Shown: one piece after another, positions 12,715 to 23,049 of the stretch
Layout: each line of letters opens with the position of its first letter
How positions within the stretch are numbered: position 1 is the first letter of the stretch
Assembly (NCBI RefSeq): GCF_020745735.1
Contig: NC_083409.1
Location: 10,762,978-10,826,977, forward strand
Direction of reading: 5' to 3'
From: Hemiscyllium ocellatum
Taxonomy: Eukaryota
DNA length: 64,000 bases
The notes under the pieces: generated by a model
Seen by the model: the letters and a program-made list of their open reading frames with translations, nothing else
The model's database searches: none
What the model was told of the DNA's origin: nothing
Position numbers and translations under genes: made by a program

Positions 12715-13240
12715 TGAGGGACGTGAGTTATGAAGATAGACTGAAGACGTTGGGACTGTTTTCCTCAGAGAAGAGAAGGCAGAGAGGAGATTGATCGAGA
12801 AATTCAAAATCAGGAGGGGTCTGAACAGAGTAAACCAGGAGAAAATGTTCCCACTGAGAAAGAAATGAGAGAGGTGAGGAGATGAGATTAAAAAAATGAT
12901 TGAAGAAGAGGTCATGATGAAAGCCAGTGAGGAGGTGAAGGAACAGTGGATGTTGAAGAACTGGCCTGAGAGAGCCATGGATTGAATTGGTGAAGCAGTG
13001 AGATGAGGGAAAAACATTCAGCAGTGGGTGGTTAAGGTGTGGAATGCACTGCCTGAGAGTGTGGTGAGCAGCTTCAATTGAACATTCGAAGGAATGAGAC
13101 TGTTATTCAAAAGGAACAATGTGCAGGGTGACAGGGAGAAGGCAGGAGAATGACACTCAGTGAATTGCTCATTCAGAGAGCCGGTCCAGACAGGATGGTT
13201 GAATGGCCTCCTTGTGCACTGAAACGATTCTGTGATTGTG
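12715..13240 (+). mobile_element. CR1/L2-type 3' fragment
   Basis: YEDRLKTLGLFSSEKRRQRGD motif and 3' end ...gaatggcctccttgtgcactg. Confidence 0.7.
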
Positions 13241-13680
13241 TGATTGAGCAGAGTTAAAGCTGGGGGAGGTGGGAGCTCGGTGTCTCACTGTGCTGCTGCT
13301 GTTGCTGCTGCTGAGGTCAGTGAGATCAGAGACTGGGACAGGGAGCCAGAGCTCACATCAAACTCTGCCCGTGTCCGTCACACTGAGACTGGCAGGAGGC
13401 TACTCACTGATTTCACTCCATGCTGCAGGAATGGGACCACAGGCTGCAAATGGACAGAGCTCCTCCACACGGTGAGTAAAACTTACTGACTTATATCTTG
13501 CTGCTTAAAGGGCAATAGGACGACAGAAATACAGCTGGACACCCTGTTAGACACAGTGCTCCTCATTCAACCATTTCATTCACTGCAGCTCCCCACTAAC
13601 ACCTGCATCAATTCAGCATTTGTGATTTAGAAAGTTTCAGTATTGAAAGGGTTAATAACGGAGGATTGAGGTTTACTTAC

Positions 13681-13715
13681 TCAGTCTGAGCTTGGTTCCT
13701 TTACCGAACGTAAGC
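13681..13715 (-). CDS. Ig light-chain J segment (LTFGKGTKLRL)
   Basis: Minus strand G CTT ACG TTC GGT AAA GGA ACC AAG CTC AGA CTG A followed by the GTAAGT donor; FGxG motif; flanked by a 23-RSS. Confidence 0.95.
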
Positions 13716-13754
13716 CACAGTGAGAGCTCCCAGTGTAGAGGCTGTACAAAAACC
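13716..13754 (+). other. J recombination signal sequence, 23-bp spacer
   Basis: CACAGTG (13716-13722) + 23 nt (13723-13745) + ACAAAAACC (13746-13754); perfect consensus. Confidence 0.97.
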
Positions 13755-14161
13755 TCAGCTCTCTGCTTCCCTCTGTCACTCTCACCCTCTCCCTATTTCC
13801 CAGTCTGTCGGTCACTCTCACCCTCTTTTTGCCCCTATCAGTCTCTCCCTCATTCATGTGTCTTTCTGTCTCTGCCTCTGGGTTGTGAACTTTATTTTTT
13901 GTTGTTAAATCTTGCAGCTGTTCTTCACATGTGGCCATGCAGTGGAAGGGGAAACTTGAGGCCTTCAGTGAGCGTTGAGACACCACAGGGACTGGAGTGT
14001 GTCGTGGACAGTGACAATCCCAGCATGGGGTAATTTGTTCAGTTTCATTTAGATCTAACTGTGGGATATGACAGTTCAGGCGGTGGGACTGTGTGTCCAT
14101 TATTATGCATTTTATATAACCGTGGATGTGTCAGTACAGGAGGTGATTCTGTGTGCTTTGA

Positions 14162-14189
14162 GGTTTTTGTATGGCTCTGTGTCACTGTG
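14162..14189 (-). other. V recombination signal sequence, 12-bp spacer
   Basis: Plus strand GGTTTTTGT (14162-14170) + 12 nt + CACTGTG (14183-14189), i.e. perfect CACAGTG-12-ACAAAAACC on the minus strand. Confidence 0.97.
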
Positions 14190-14486
14190 TCGAGGGTAGC
14201 TGTAATCCTGCTACAGTAATAGTCAGCGACATCCTCATTCTGAACGTTGCTGATTTTCAGGGTGAAACTGGTCCCTGATCCACTGCCGGTGAATCGATCG
14301 GAGACTCCTGTGAATCGATTTGTTGCAGCATAGATCAGGAGAGAGGGTTTCTGACCTTCTCGCTGCTGGTACCAGGAAAGCTCATTGCTAACAGATTGAC
14401 TGGCCGTACAGGTGAGTGTTGCGGTCTGGCCCAGTCCCACTGACAGCACCGGGGAGACTGAGTCATGATGATGTCCCCACTGATAC
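14190..14486 (-). CDS. Ig light-chain variable (V) exon; FR1 frameshift as assembled
   Basis: Acceptor ctcAG at 14487-14488. G|[11 protein letters not shown] then, after a 1-nt shift at GGGG 14451-14454, [79 protein letters not shown]; canonical Cys23/Trp35/Cys88. Confidence 0.93.
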
Positions 14487-14672
14487 CTGAGGGGTCAGAG
14501 AGAAACACAGTGAAGTCAGAACTGTCACAGAAAGAGCCGGTCAAATGAGAGATTGTTGGAGACACTGAGCATTCCTCTGGTTTCAGCATTTTCCCTTCAA
14601 TCACAAGTCAGTGGAATTGGAGTGAAATGGAGAGCAGCTAAAGATTCAAGGTGGAAGGAGAGAGATTTGTAC

Positions 14673-14721
14673 CTGCGACACAGAATGCCAGGGGCCAGAT
14701 CAGCTGGATGTGTGAAATCAT
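14673..14721 (-). CDS. Ig light-chain leader (signal peptide) exon, cluster 1
   Basis: ATG at 14721; MISHIQLIWPLAFCVA(G), 49 nt (phase 1); GT donor 14671-14672; 186-nt intron to the V exon. Confidence 0.9.
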
Positions 14722-14781
14722 GGTGTGTGCTCCTGTCCCTGTGCCTGGTTCCTGATAAACTCTCCCTTCACTGGGCTCTGC

Positions 14782-14861
14782 TTTATAAAGCTGCAGCCTG
14801 TGAGAGTCTGACTGGGTGTTCCTCAGTATGTAAATGGCATCAGGCAGAGAGAGCCACGTCA
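14782..14861 (-). promoter_or_regulatory. V promoter: TATA-like TTTATAAA, octamer variant ATTTACAT, TGACGT (CRE-like) motif
   Basis: TTTATAAA 14782-14789; ATGTAAAT 14828-14835 (7/8 match to the Ig octamer ATGCAAAT); ACGTCA 14856-14861. Spacing is typical of Ig V promoters and all three are conserved in the inverted copy. Confidence 0.72.
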
Positions 14862-16639
14862 GCCCTCACACTTCCACTCTCTCTCATCTCTCTCTTTGTC
14901 TCAGAGAGTGATTGATGTGAACAGCACTGAATGAGGCCATTTGTCCATTGTGTCTGTGCTGGTAAACAAAGATCTGATGACACTAATCCCATCCTCCAGC
15001 TCTGGCCCATTACCCTGGAGGTTACAGCAACACAAGGGAATATCTAAACACTGCTCCAATGTCACAAGAGTTTGTGACTCAACCAGCCTTTCAGGCAGTG
15101 AGTTCCAGACTCCCCCACCCTCTGGTTGAAAACATTTCTCCTCAATTCTCCTCTCACTCTGCAACTCAACTGGGCCTGGATTCACTCGAGTTTAGAAGGA
15201 TGAGAGGGGATCTGATTGAAACATATAAAATTGTAACAGGGCTGGGCAGGGAGGAGGTTCCCCTGGTTGGGGAGTCTGGAACCAGGGGACACAGGCTCAG
15301 GGGGATACAGGGTAGACCATTTAGGACTGAGATGAGGAAACATTTCTTCACTCAGAGATGGTCAACCTGATGAATTCTCTACCACAAACGGCTGTGGAGG
15401 ACAAGGAACTGAATATATTCAAGAAAAAAGAGAGTTGTTTTGCATTTTAACAGCATGAAGGAAATAGGGAGAAAGCAGCAACACAGCATTGAGAGAGAGG
15501 ATCAGCCATGATCATACTGAATGACACACAAGACTCAAAGGGCCGAATGGCCTGCTCCTGCTCCAAGTTTCAATGTGTCCATGTCTGTGTTACCTTCAAT
15601 CTCTGTCCCTGGTTATTGAGTCCTTTACTCTTGTATAAAGTGCCTTCCTATGCAACACATCACTGCCAACAATTATCTTATACCTCTCTATCAGGTCCCT
15701 CTCAACCTTCAATGCTCCAAGGAAAACAGCCCCAACCTTTCCAATCTTTCCTCATAGCTGACCCTTCATCCCAGGCAGCATCCTGGGAAATCTCCTCTGC
15801 CCCCTCTCAAGTACAATCACATCCTTCCCAGAATGTGGTGACCAGGACCTCTCTCTCTCTCTCTCTCTTTTCCCCTTTCTGTCTCACATCTGCTACTTTG
15901 ATCTCTCTACATCTATCTCTCTCTCCACTGTTAATCTCTCTCATATTCCCTCTCTCTCACTCTGTCTCATAGCCACTCTCTCCAACTCACTCACGCTTCC
16001 TCACTCCGTCTCATAATCTTTCTCCATCTCTCACTGTCTCCGTCACTTGCTCCATCTCTCACTTCAATTGAAAGCCTCCAAATGTTATCTCCCCCTCTCT
16101 ATTTCTCCCTCTGTCTCTCCCTCCTTCTCCGCATCCCACTTGACCTCTATTTCTCTTTCTCTGTCTCACTTCTCTCTCTTTCTCAGTGTCCCAGGTGGTG
16201 ACAGTTGAATTCAGGATAAATCTCTCTCTGCTCTGCCCCACAAATGGATGTTAACCTTTGACCCCAGAAGCATGTCTTCTCCTGGAGTAAAGGCCCATTT
16301 CCACATTGACCAGGTTTTGGTATCTCTCAGGAAGATGGACAGATTCTTGTTAAATGAAGGGCAGTTCTGTGCTGTTGGCCTATTCTCACTGGGGACTGGT
16401 TTGGACACAAACCTCATTCCATGAAGGCCCAGCAGAGAGAGGAGATCCTCAGGCCATCAGTGTGAGCTGGAGGGACAGAACAGGCTCTGACCCACTGACC
16501 CATCCTGTCCATTCACAACATGTTCCAATCCCTTCCCCTCTCCTTCCCCTTCCATGGTCAGTCTCTGAGTCAGTTGGACCATCACACATGTTACAACAGA
16601 AAGGAACTGAACCCCACACCCACCATGGTGTCCACGATG

Positions 16640-16915
16640 CACTGGACTCTCCAACAGATTCCAGTAAACATGGACGTCAGTTCACGAGAGTGCCCCATAG
16701 AGAGACATGGGCCTCCTTTCCACTGAGCTCCCAATAGAGACCAGTAAACATGGGCATTGTTCCTGCTTGAGCCTCCGATAAAGACCAGTAATGTTGGCCT
16801 CCTTCCTAATGGACTCTCCAAAGAAGACCAGTAAACATGGACCTCCTTCTGACTGGATACTCCAAGAAGACCAGTAAATGTGGGCCTCCTATTCACTTGT
16901 CCTTCTAATGGAGAC
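16640..16915 (+). repeat. Degenerate ~43-bp minisatellite (resumes ~18145-18210)
   Basis: ccagtaa(a)catgg core at 16661, 16741, 16785, 16828, 16871. Confidence 0.75.
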
Positions 16916-18142
16916 AAGTGGATAGTTGAGTTTTTGAAGAAATAGATAGATTAAGATAGATCAGTACACATCGTCGACATGGACTTTAGCAAGGCCTTAG
17001 ACAAGGTTCCCCATTGTAGACTGCTTAGTAAGATTATATCACAGAGGATCCAGGTAGAGCTAACTAATTAAATATAAAATGGGCCTAATGGTAGGAGGCC
17101 GAGGCTGGTGAGAGAGGGTTGTTCTTCAGACTGGAGGCTAGTGACCAGCTGTCTGCCACAAGAATCGATCCTGGATCCACTGTTGTTCATCATTTATATG
17201 AACAATTTGTATGAGAAAATAGCAGGAATGGTCAGTAAGTTTGTGGCATCGTTAACAGGGAAGAAGGTTATCTAAGAATGCAATGTCATCTTCATCAACT
17301 GGACCAGTGGATCAACAAATCCAGATGGAGTTTAATTTCGATAAATGCAAGGAGTTGCATTTTGGTAAGACCAACCAGGGCAGGAATTGCACAATTAATG
17401 GTGGAGCCATGGGGAGTGTTGTTGAACAGAGAGACTGAGGGGTACAGGTACATAGTTCCTTGAAAGTGGTGTCACAGGTAGACAGGATGGTGAAGAAGGT
17501 ATTTGGCACGTGCACATTCACTGGTCAAAGCAGGGAGTACAGGAGCTGGGACATCATGTTACAGCTGTACAAGGCATTGGTAAGGCCACATGTGGACACT
17601 GTGTACATTCCTGCTCACCCTTCTATAGGAAGGAAGTTATTACACTGGTTTGGATAAAAGAAAGATTAACAGGGATGTTACCAAGGTTGGTGAGTTTGAA
17701 TTATAAGGCGAGGATGGATTGGCCGAGAGATTTTTCCAGTGAATGCAGGAGATTGAGGGGTGACCTTAGACAGGTTTATAGAACCATTAGGGCCATGGAT
17801 AAGGTGATTAGCCAAAGTTTTTTTCCCCCCAGGGTAGGAGAGTCCAGTATGAGAAGGAATAGATTTAAGTTGAGAGGGGAAAGAATTAGAAGGGCCCTGA
17901 GAGACAACCTTTTCACACAGAGGATGGTGTGTATGTGTAATAAGCTGCCACAGGAAGTGGTAGAGGTGAGTACAATTATTACATTTCAAGGACATTTTTA
18001 CAGGAACATGGATAGGAAGGATTTAGAGAGGATTGGGCCAAACGCATGCAGATGGAACTAGTTCAGTTTTGGAAACTTGGTCGACATGGATGAGTTGAGC
18101 TGAAGGGCCTGCTGCCACGCTGTAAACCTCTATGGCTCTATG
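16916..18142 (+). mobile_element. CR1 RT C-terminal half + 3' end
   Basis: MDFSKALDKVPH, WSLISINARSC-type frameshifted RT, LQLYKALVRPH, RLRGDL..VY. Confidence 0.88.
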
Positions 18143-19029
18143 ATGATGTAAACATGGGGCACCTTCCCATAGGACCAGTCAACATGGGCCTCCTTCCCAT
18201 TGTATTGTCCAGTACCTGAGCTGCAAACCCCACATCTTGTCCATTACGTAGGTCTCTTATTTCAATCTGCACAACATTGTTTGTCTCTGCACTACCTCAG
18301 CCTCTTGACCACTGAAACCCCAATTCCTGCACATCCCACCTCCTGACTCTATGATGTCAATGTCCTCTCCCAGCTTCCTGAAGCCACATTCCATAAACCC
18401 CAACTTGTCTGATATGGAGTGGTCCCTTCCCTGTCTTACAACTACAGTTGTTCCAGAATCTGACCTCACTGCCAGCCAATTGCCTCCATAGCCTCCCTCC
18501 TCCCTCACTCTGTGTCCTGCTGTAGACTCACATTCCCTCCCTCCCCCTTCCACCTTCTGTCTCTGGTCTCCTACCCATTGCTGCTTCCTCCATCCCACCA
18601 TTGACAGCAGAGCCTTCAGACCCCGAGAGTATCCTTTCTGCCTTCCTGCCCTTCATCCCTCCCTCTCTCGTTGTTTGTGCTATTGAATATACTGTTCAGT
18701 TCCATCACTTTTGGTTCGCTGTTCCCTTGCCATTGATTTGCTGATTTATTCTGGTAAATCTAGACTGGTGTGTTCTCTGAGTTGGTTCAAGAGTGTTTTG
18801 CTTGAGAAAACACTTCTGTGAACTGGTTTGTCTGTTTCTTCCAGTCTTTGTGTAAAGGTGAGACTAAGTGTGTAAATGCTGTCATTTCATGGAGCAATCC
18901 AGTCAGTCCCACCCCCTCCCCTACTCGACCCAGAGCCTTGCAGGTTTATTTCCATCAAGAGCCCATCCAATCTGCCATTGCAATCACTGAGTGTCTTCAC
19001 CTGCCTCACCTGAATGGGCACTAATTTCC

Positions 19030-19610
19030 AAGTCATTACCAATTGCTGCTAAAAAAAGTTCTTCCTGGCATCCCATATCTCTTGCCCAACAAAATGCAAG
19101 GTAATCTCAATGTGAAGATGGGATTTTGTCTCCACACGGACTGTGCGGCGGTCACCCTTACTGATACTGTCATGGACAGATACACCAGCAGCAGGCAGGT
19201 TGGTGAGGGTGATAGTGAGTATGTTTTTCCCTCTTGTTGGTTCCCTCACCACCTGCCCCAGGTCCAGTCTAGCAGCTGAATCAGGTGGAACTTGACCAGC
19301 TTGCTCAGTAGTGATGCTTCTGAGCAGGTCTTGATGGTGGACTTTGAAGTCCCTTACTCAGAGTATATCCTGCATCCTTCTCCCCCTCAGTGCTCCCTCC
19401 AAGTGTTGTTCAACATGGAGGAGGACTGACTGCTCAGTTGAGGTTGGAGTGGAGGGTGGTGCTATGTGGTTTCAGCAGGAGGTTTGCTTCCCCATGTTTG
19501 ACCTGCTGTCATGAGGCTTCATGGATTCCATAGTTAATGGTGAGGACTCTCAGGGCAACTCCCTTCCAACTGTACACACCACTGTGTTGCCTCCCCTGCT
19601 TGGTCTATCT
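19030..19610 (-). mobile_element. Second LINE family, AP-endonuclease fragment (related copy ~44860-46160, -; 3' tails ~44030-44300 and ~52950-53290)
   Basis: VREPTRGKNIL..LTNLPAAGVSVHDSISKGDRRTVRVETKSHLHIE; clade not determined. Confidence 0.65.
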
Positions 19611-20699
19611 TGCCAGTTAGAAACTGAATGAGGGAACAATTCTGTGCAGGTTTCACAGCTTGGAGACAGAGCTGCTGCTGGATTCTGTTTCTCATCTCCG
19701 AGTGCAGCCATGTGTGTTTGTGAGAGAATGACAGACACTTTTTCCATCGTTGTGCTGTTTCTGAAAAGAAAAATCCCAGAACCAGCCTCCTGTGCTGTCA
19801 GGTTCCAGGGAGTGCAGATGGTTCACAGTTTTCTCCCATCTCAGTAACAAACACCCAGCAGCTCCGAGCTCCTTCTTTCACTTCCTCTTTTGGTGAAGTT
19901 TCAACCTTGTGCTCTGACAGTCTTTGCAGTTATTTTTTACACTGGGGCTTTCTGCTGTGGTCAGAAACTCTAATAATAAGTGTCCAATCCGTGACAATCA
20001 CAGCAGCTAAGAGTAGTCAGGACTGAGGAGCCAGGCTCACTGTGAAACATATTGGGAAGATCAAAGCCATTCCCTTCAGCTCCTGGTATAAACTCCATCC
20101 CTCTCCCTGAGCACTATCTGCTGCTCAACCAGACTCTTTACAAACTTGGCCTCATCTTTGAGGCTGATCTGAGCACCATATCCTCCATCCACAAAGATCA
20201 GCCACTGAAAATGTCTGTCATGTCCATGGGACTCCAAACATGACCATGCCAATGTTGTGCTTGCACACATCACAGCCACTGCCCTCCGTAACCTTCAGCT
20301 CATCCCAAATTCTGCTGCCCATATCCAAACTCGCACCAAATCCCATTCCTCCAACCTCCTGCACCCTGTGCCTACATTGGCTCCTGGTCCAGCAACATCT
20401 CGATTTTCAAATTCTCATCCTTGTTCTCAAGTCCCTCCCTGTCCTCCACTCTCCCTATCTCTGTAACCTCCTCCAAACTGCCTCACTCAGTGTGATCAAC
20501 AATCTTGGATATATGGCTGTCTATTCCTTCATCCAAGTCATTTAGAAATATCGTGAAATGCTGAGGTTCTAGCCCAATTCCCTGGGGACACCACTATCCA
20601 CATTTTGCTCATTGGAGAGCGCACACATTATCCCTCCTCTCTGTCTCCTCCCTCCAAACTAATTTCTGACCAAAGATAAATATTTTTCCCTAACTGGCG

Positions 20700-21735
20700 A
20701 GAATGGGAGAAAGCAGAGGGACATAGTGGAAGGATACTTGTCAGATTGGAGGCCTGAGTCTAGTGGAGTTCCTCAGGATTGATGCTGGGCCCATTACTGT
20801 TTGTCATCAATATCAATAATTTAGAAAACATGAGAATAGCCGGTATTGTGGACAATGAGGAAGGTTATCAGATATTGTAGCAGGACCTTGATCAGCTGTG
20901 GAGGTGGGAAAAGAAATGATAAATTGAGTTTAATGTAGATAAGTATGAGGTCTTGCATTTTGGAAAGTTAAATCAATGTAGGAGTTTCATGGTGAATGGT
21001 AAGGCCTTAAGGACTGTAGTGGAACAGTGGGATCTCGGAGTTCAGGTGCACAGTTCTCTGAAAGTTGAGTCACAGTTAGACAGGGCAGTGAAGAAGGCTT
21101 TTGGCATACTGGCCGTCATCAGTCAGGGCACTGGGTGTAGAAGTTGGGAAGTTATGTTTCAATTGTACATGACATTGGTGAGGCTGCACTTGGAGTATTG
21201 TGTTCAGTTTTGGTCACCTTGTTTTAGGAAGGATATTATTAAACTGGAAAGAGTGCAGAATAAATTTACAAGGATGTTGCCAGGTTTCAACATCTGAGTT
21301 TTTGGGAGAGTTTGGACAAGCTAGGACATTTTTCTTAAGAGTGTCGGAGACAAAAGGGGAATCTTTTAGAAGTGTATAAGATCTTGAGAGACATGGATAG
21401 GGTGAATGCACTCAGTCTTTGTCCCAGGGCTGGGGAATCAAGGACTAGAGGGCATCAGTTGAAGGTTAGAATAAACGGGAACCTGAGGGGCAACATTTTT
21501 ACACAGAGGGTGGTAGTCGTATGGAATGAGCTGCCAGCTGAAGTGATTGAGGCGGGTACATTAACAACATTTAAAAGGCATTTGGACAAATACATAGATA
21601 GTATGCAATTTGAAGGATATGGACCAAATGGAGGGAAATGGGGTTAGTGTGGATGGATATTTTGGTCAGCACGGTCCAGTTTGGGCCAAAGGGCCTGTAT
21701 CTGTGCTGTAGGACTCGATGACTCTATGACTCTAC
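20700..21735 (+). mobile_element. CR1 RT 3' part + tail
   Basis: HFGKLNQ..DLGVQVHSSLKV..LVRLHLEYCVQFWSP; gactctatgactctac tail. Confidence 0.9.
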
Positions 21736-21769
21736 AATTCCATATGTTTCTATGTTTATGAACAGTCTC

Positions 21770-22980
21770 TCAAACATAGAAACAGAGGAACTAGGAGCAG
21801 GAGGAGGCCATTCAGCCCTTCGAGTCAGCTCTGTCAGTCAATATGACCATGACTGATCATCCAACTTAGTCTCCTGTTCCATTTTTTCTCCATAACCTTA
21901 ATCCCTTTAGTCCTAAGATCTATACCTGTCGCTTTCTTGAAAACATTTAATGTTTTGAGCTCAACTGCTTTCTGTGACAGAATATTCCACTAGCTTCCCA
22001 CTCTCTGGCTAAAGAACTGTTCCTCATCTCAGTCCAAAATGGCCTTTCCATTTTCTTTAAACTGTAATTCCTGGTTCTGGACTCTCAAGTCATCATGAAC
22101 ATAATTCCTGTATTTTCTGGTCTTGTTCTGTTAGGATTTTACAGGTTTCAATGTGATTCCTCTCAAATTTCTAAACTCCAGTGAATATAATCCTAACTGA
22201 TCCAGTTTCTCATCAGATCTAAGTGCTGTCCTTCGGAATCAGTCTGGTAAACCTTCGCTGCCCTCCCTCCACAACCAGAACATCCTTCCTCAGGTAAGGA
22301 GACCAAAACTGCACACAACAGAAACATAAAATCACACAGTACAGAAGAGGCCCTTCAGCCCATTAACTGTGTACTAGCCAAACTACAGTAAACCTATACC
22401 AGTCCCACTTTCCAACATCAGACCCATAGCTTGAATGTTCTGATATTTCAACTGCTCACCCAACTCTTTTTAAAGTTTGTGAGGTTTCCCACGTCAACTA
22501 CCCTCCCAGGATGTGCGTTCCAGACCCCCACCACCCTCTGGGTAAAAAACACTTTCCTCAAAACATCTGAAACCTCCTATCTTTGACATTGAATGTGAGC
22601 CAACTTGTTCTTGACCTTCCCAAGAAGGAGAACAGCTGCTTTCTCTCCTCCCTGTCCATTCCCCTCATAACCTTATACACCTCTACCAGGTCCCCCCTCC
22701 ACCTTCTCTGCTCTGAAGAAAACAACCCGAGCTGATCCAATTTCTCTTCATCACTGAGATGTTCCATCCCACACAACATCCTGGTGATTCCCCTCTGCAC
22801 CCCATCCAGTGCAATCACATCCTTCCTACAGTGTGGTGACCTGAACTGCACACAGTACTCCAGCTGTGGTCTCACCAATGTTCTGCTTAACAGCAACATC
22901 TCCTCCTGCTGTTATAACCAATACCTGACATGACAAAGGCAAGTGTCCCCTGTGCCTTCATAACTGCTCTGTTAACCTGT
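21770..22980 (-). mobile_element. Two CR1 3' fragments
   Basis: LVRPQLEYCVQFRSPHCRKDVIALDGVQR ORF 22558-22899; tails near 21770 and 22320. Confidence 0.8.
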
Positions 22981-23049
22981 CTTGCCATTTTCAGGGATCA
23001 GTGGAGAAGCACCCAAGATCACTCTGTTCCTTTGTGCTTCCTCAGTTCA

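Larger units (their letters stand above)
3452..14721 (-). other. Immunoglobulin light-chain cluster (leader-V-J-C), shark type I / sigma-cart (NS5-like), germline unjoined configuration
   Basis: Leader, V, 12-RSS, 23-RSS, J and C all on the minus strand in order, with GT/AG splice sites in compatible phase. The V ([34 protein letters not shown]) and C (QPKLTLLPPSP..CLANHFYPDELEVQWKKDGAVISDGVQTSNYLRASDSTYSVSSLLTLSGSDWESNARFSC) match my recollection of nurse shark NS5; BLAST would confirm the isotype. Confidence 0.92.

Noticed and set aside
13269-13475. Signal-peptide-like plus-strand ORF (GARCLTVLLLLLLLRSVRS) ending near a GGTGAGT donor
   Set aside because: No ATG (GTG start), and the poly-Leu comes from a (CTG)n microsatellite; no partner exon found. 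Antisense RNA-seq could revive it.
13681-14486. Germline-joined VJ
   Set aside because: V and J are separated by 474 bp with both RSSs intact.
16640-16915. CRISPR-like repeat/spacer appearance
   Set aside because: Vertebrate DNA; the 'spacers' resemble each other and the 'repeats' are degenerate, i.e. a minisatellite; no cas genes.
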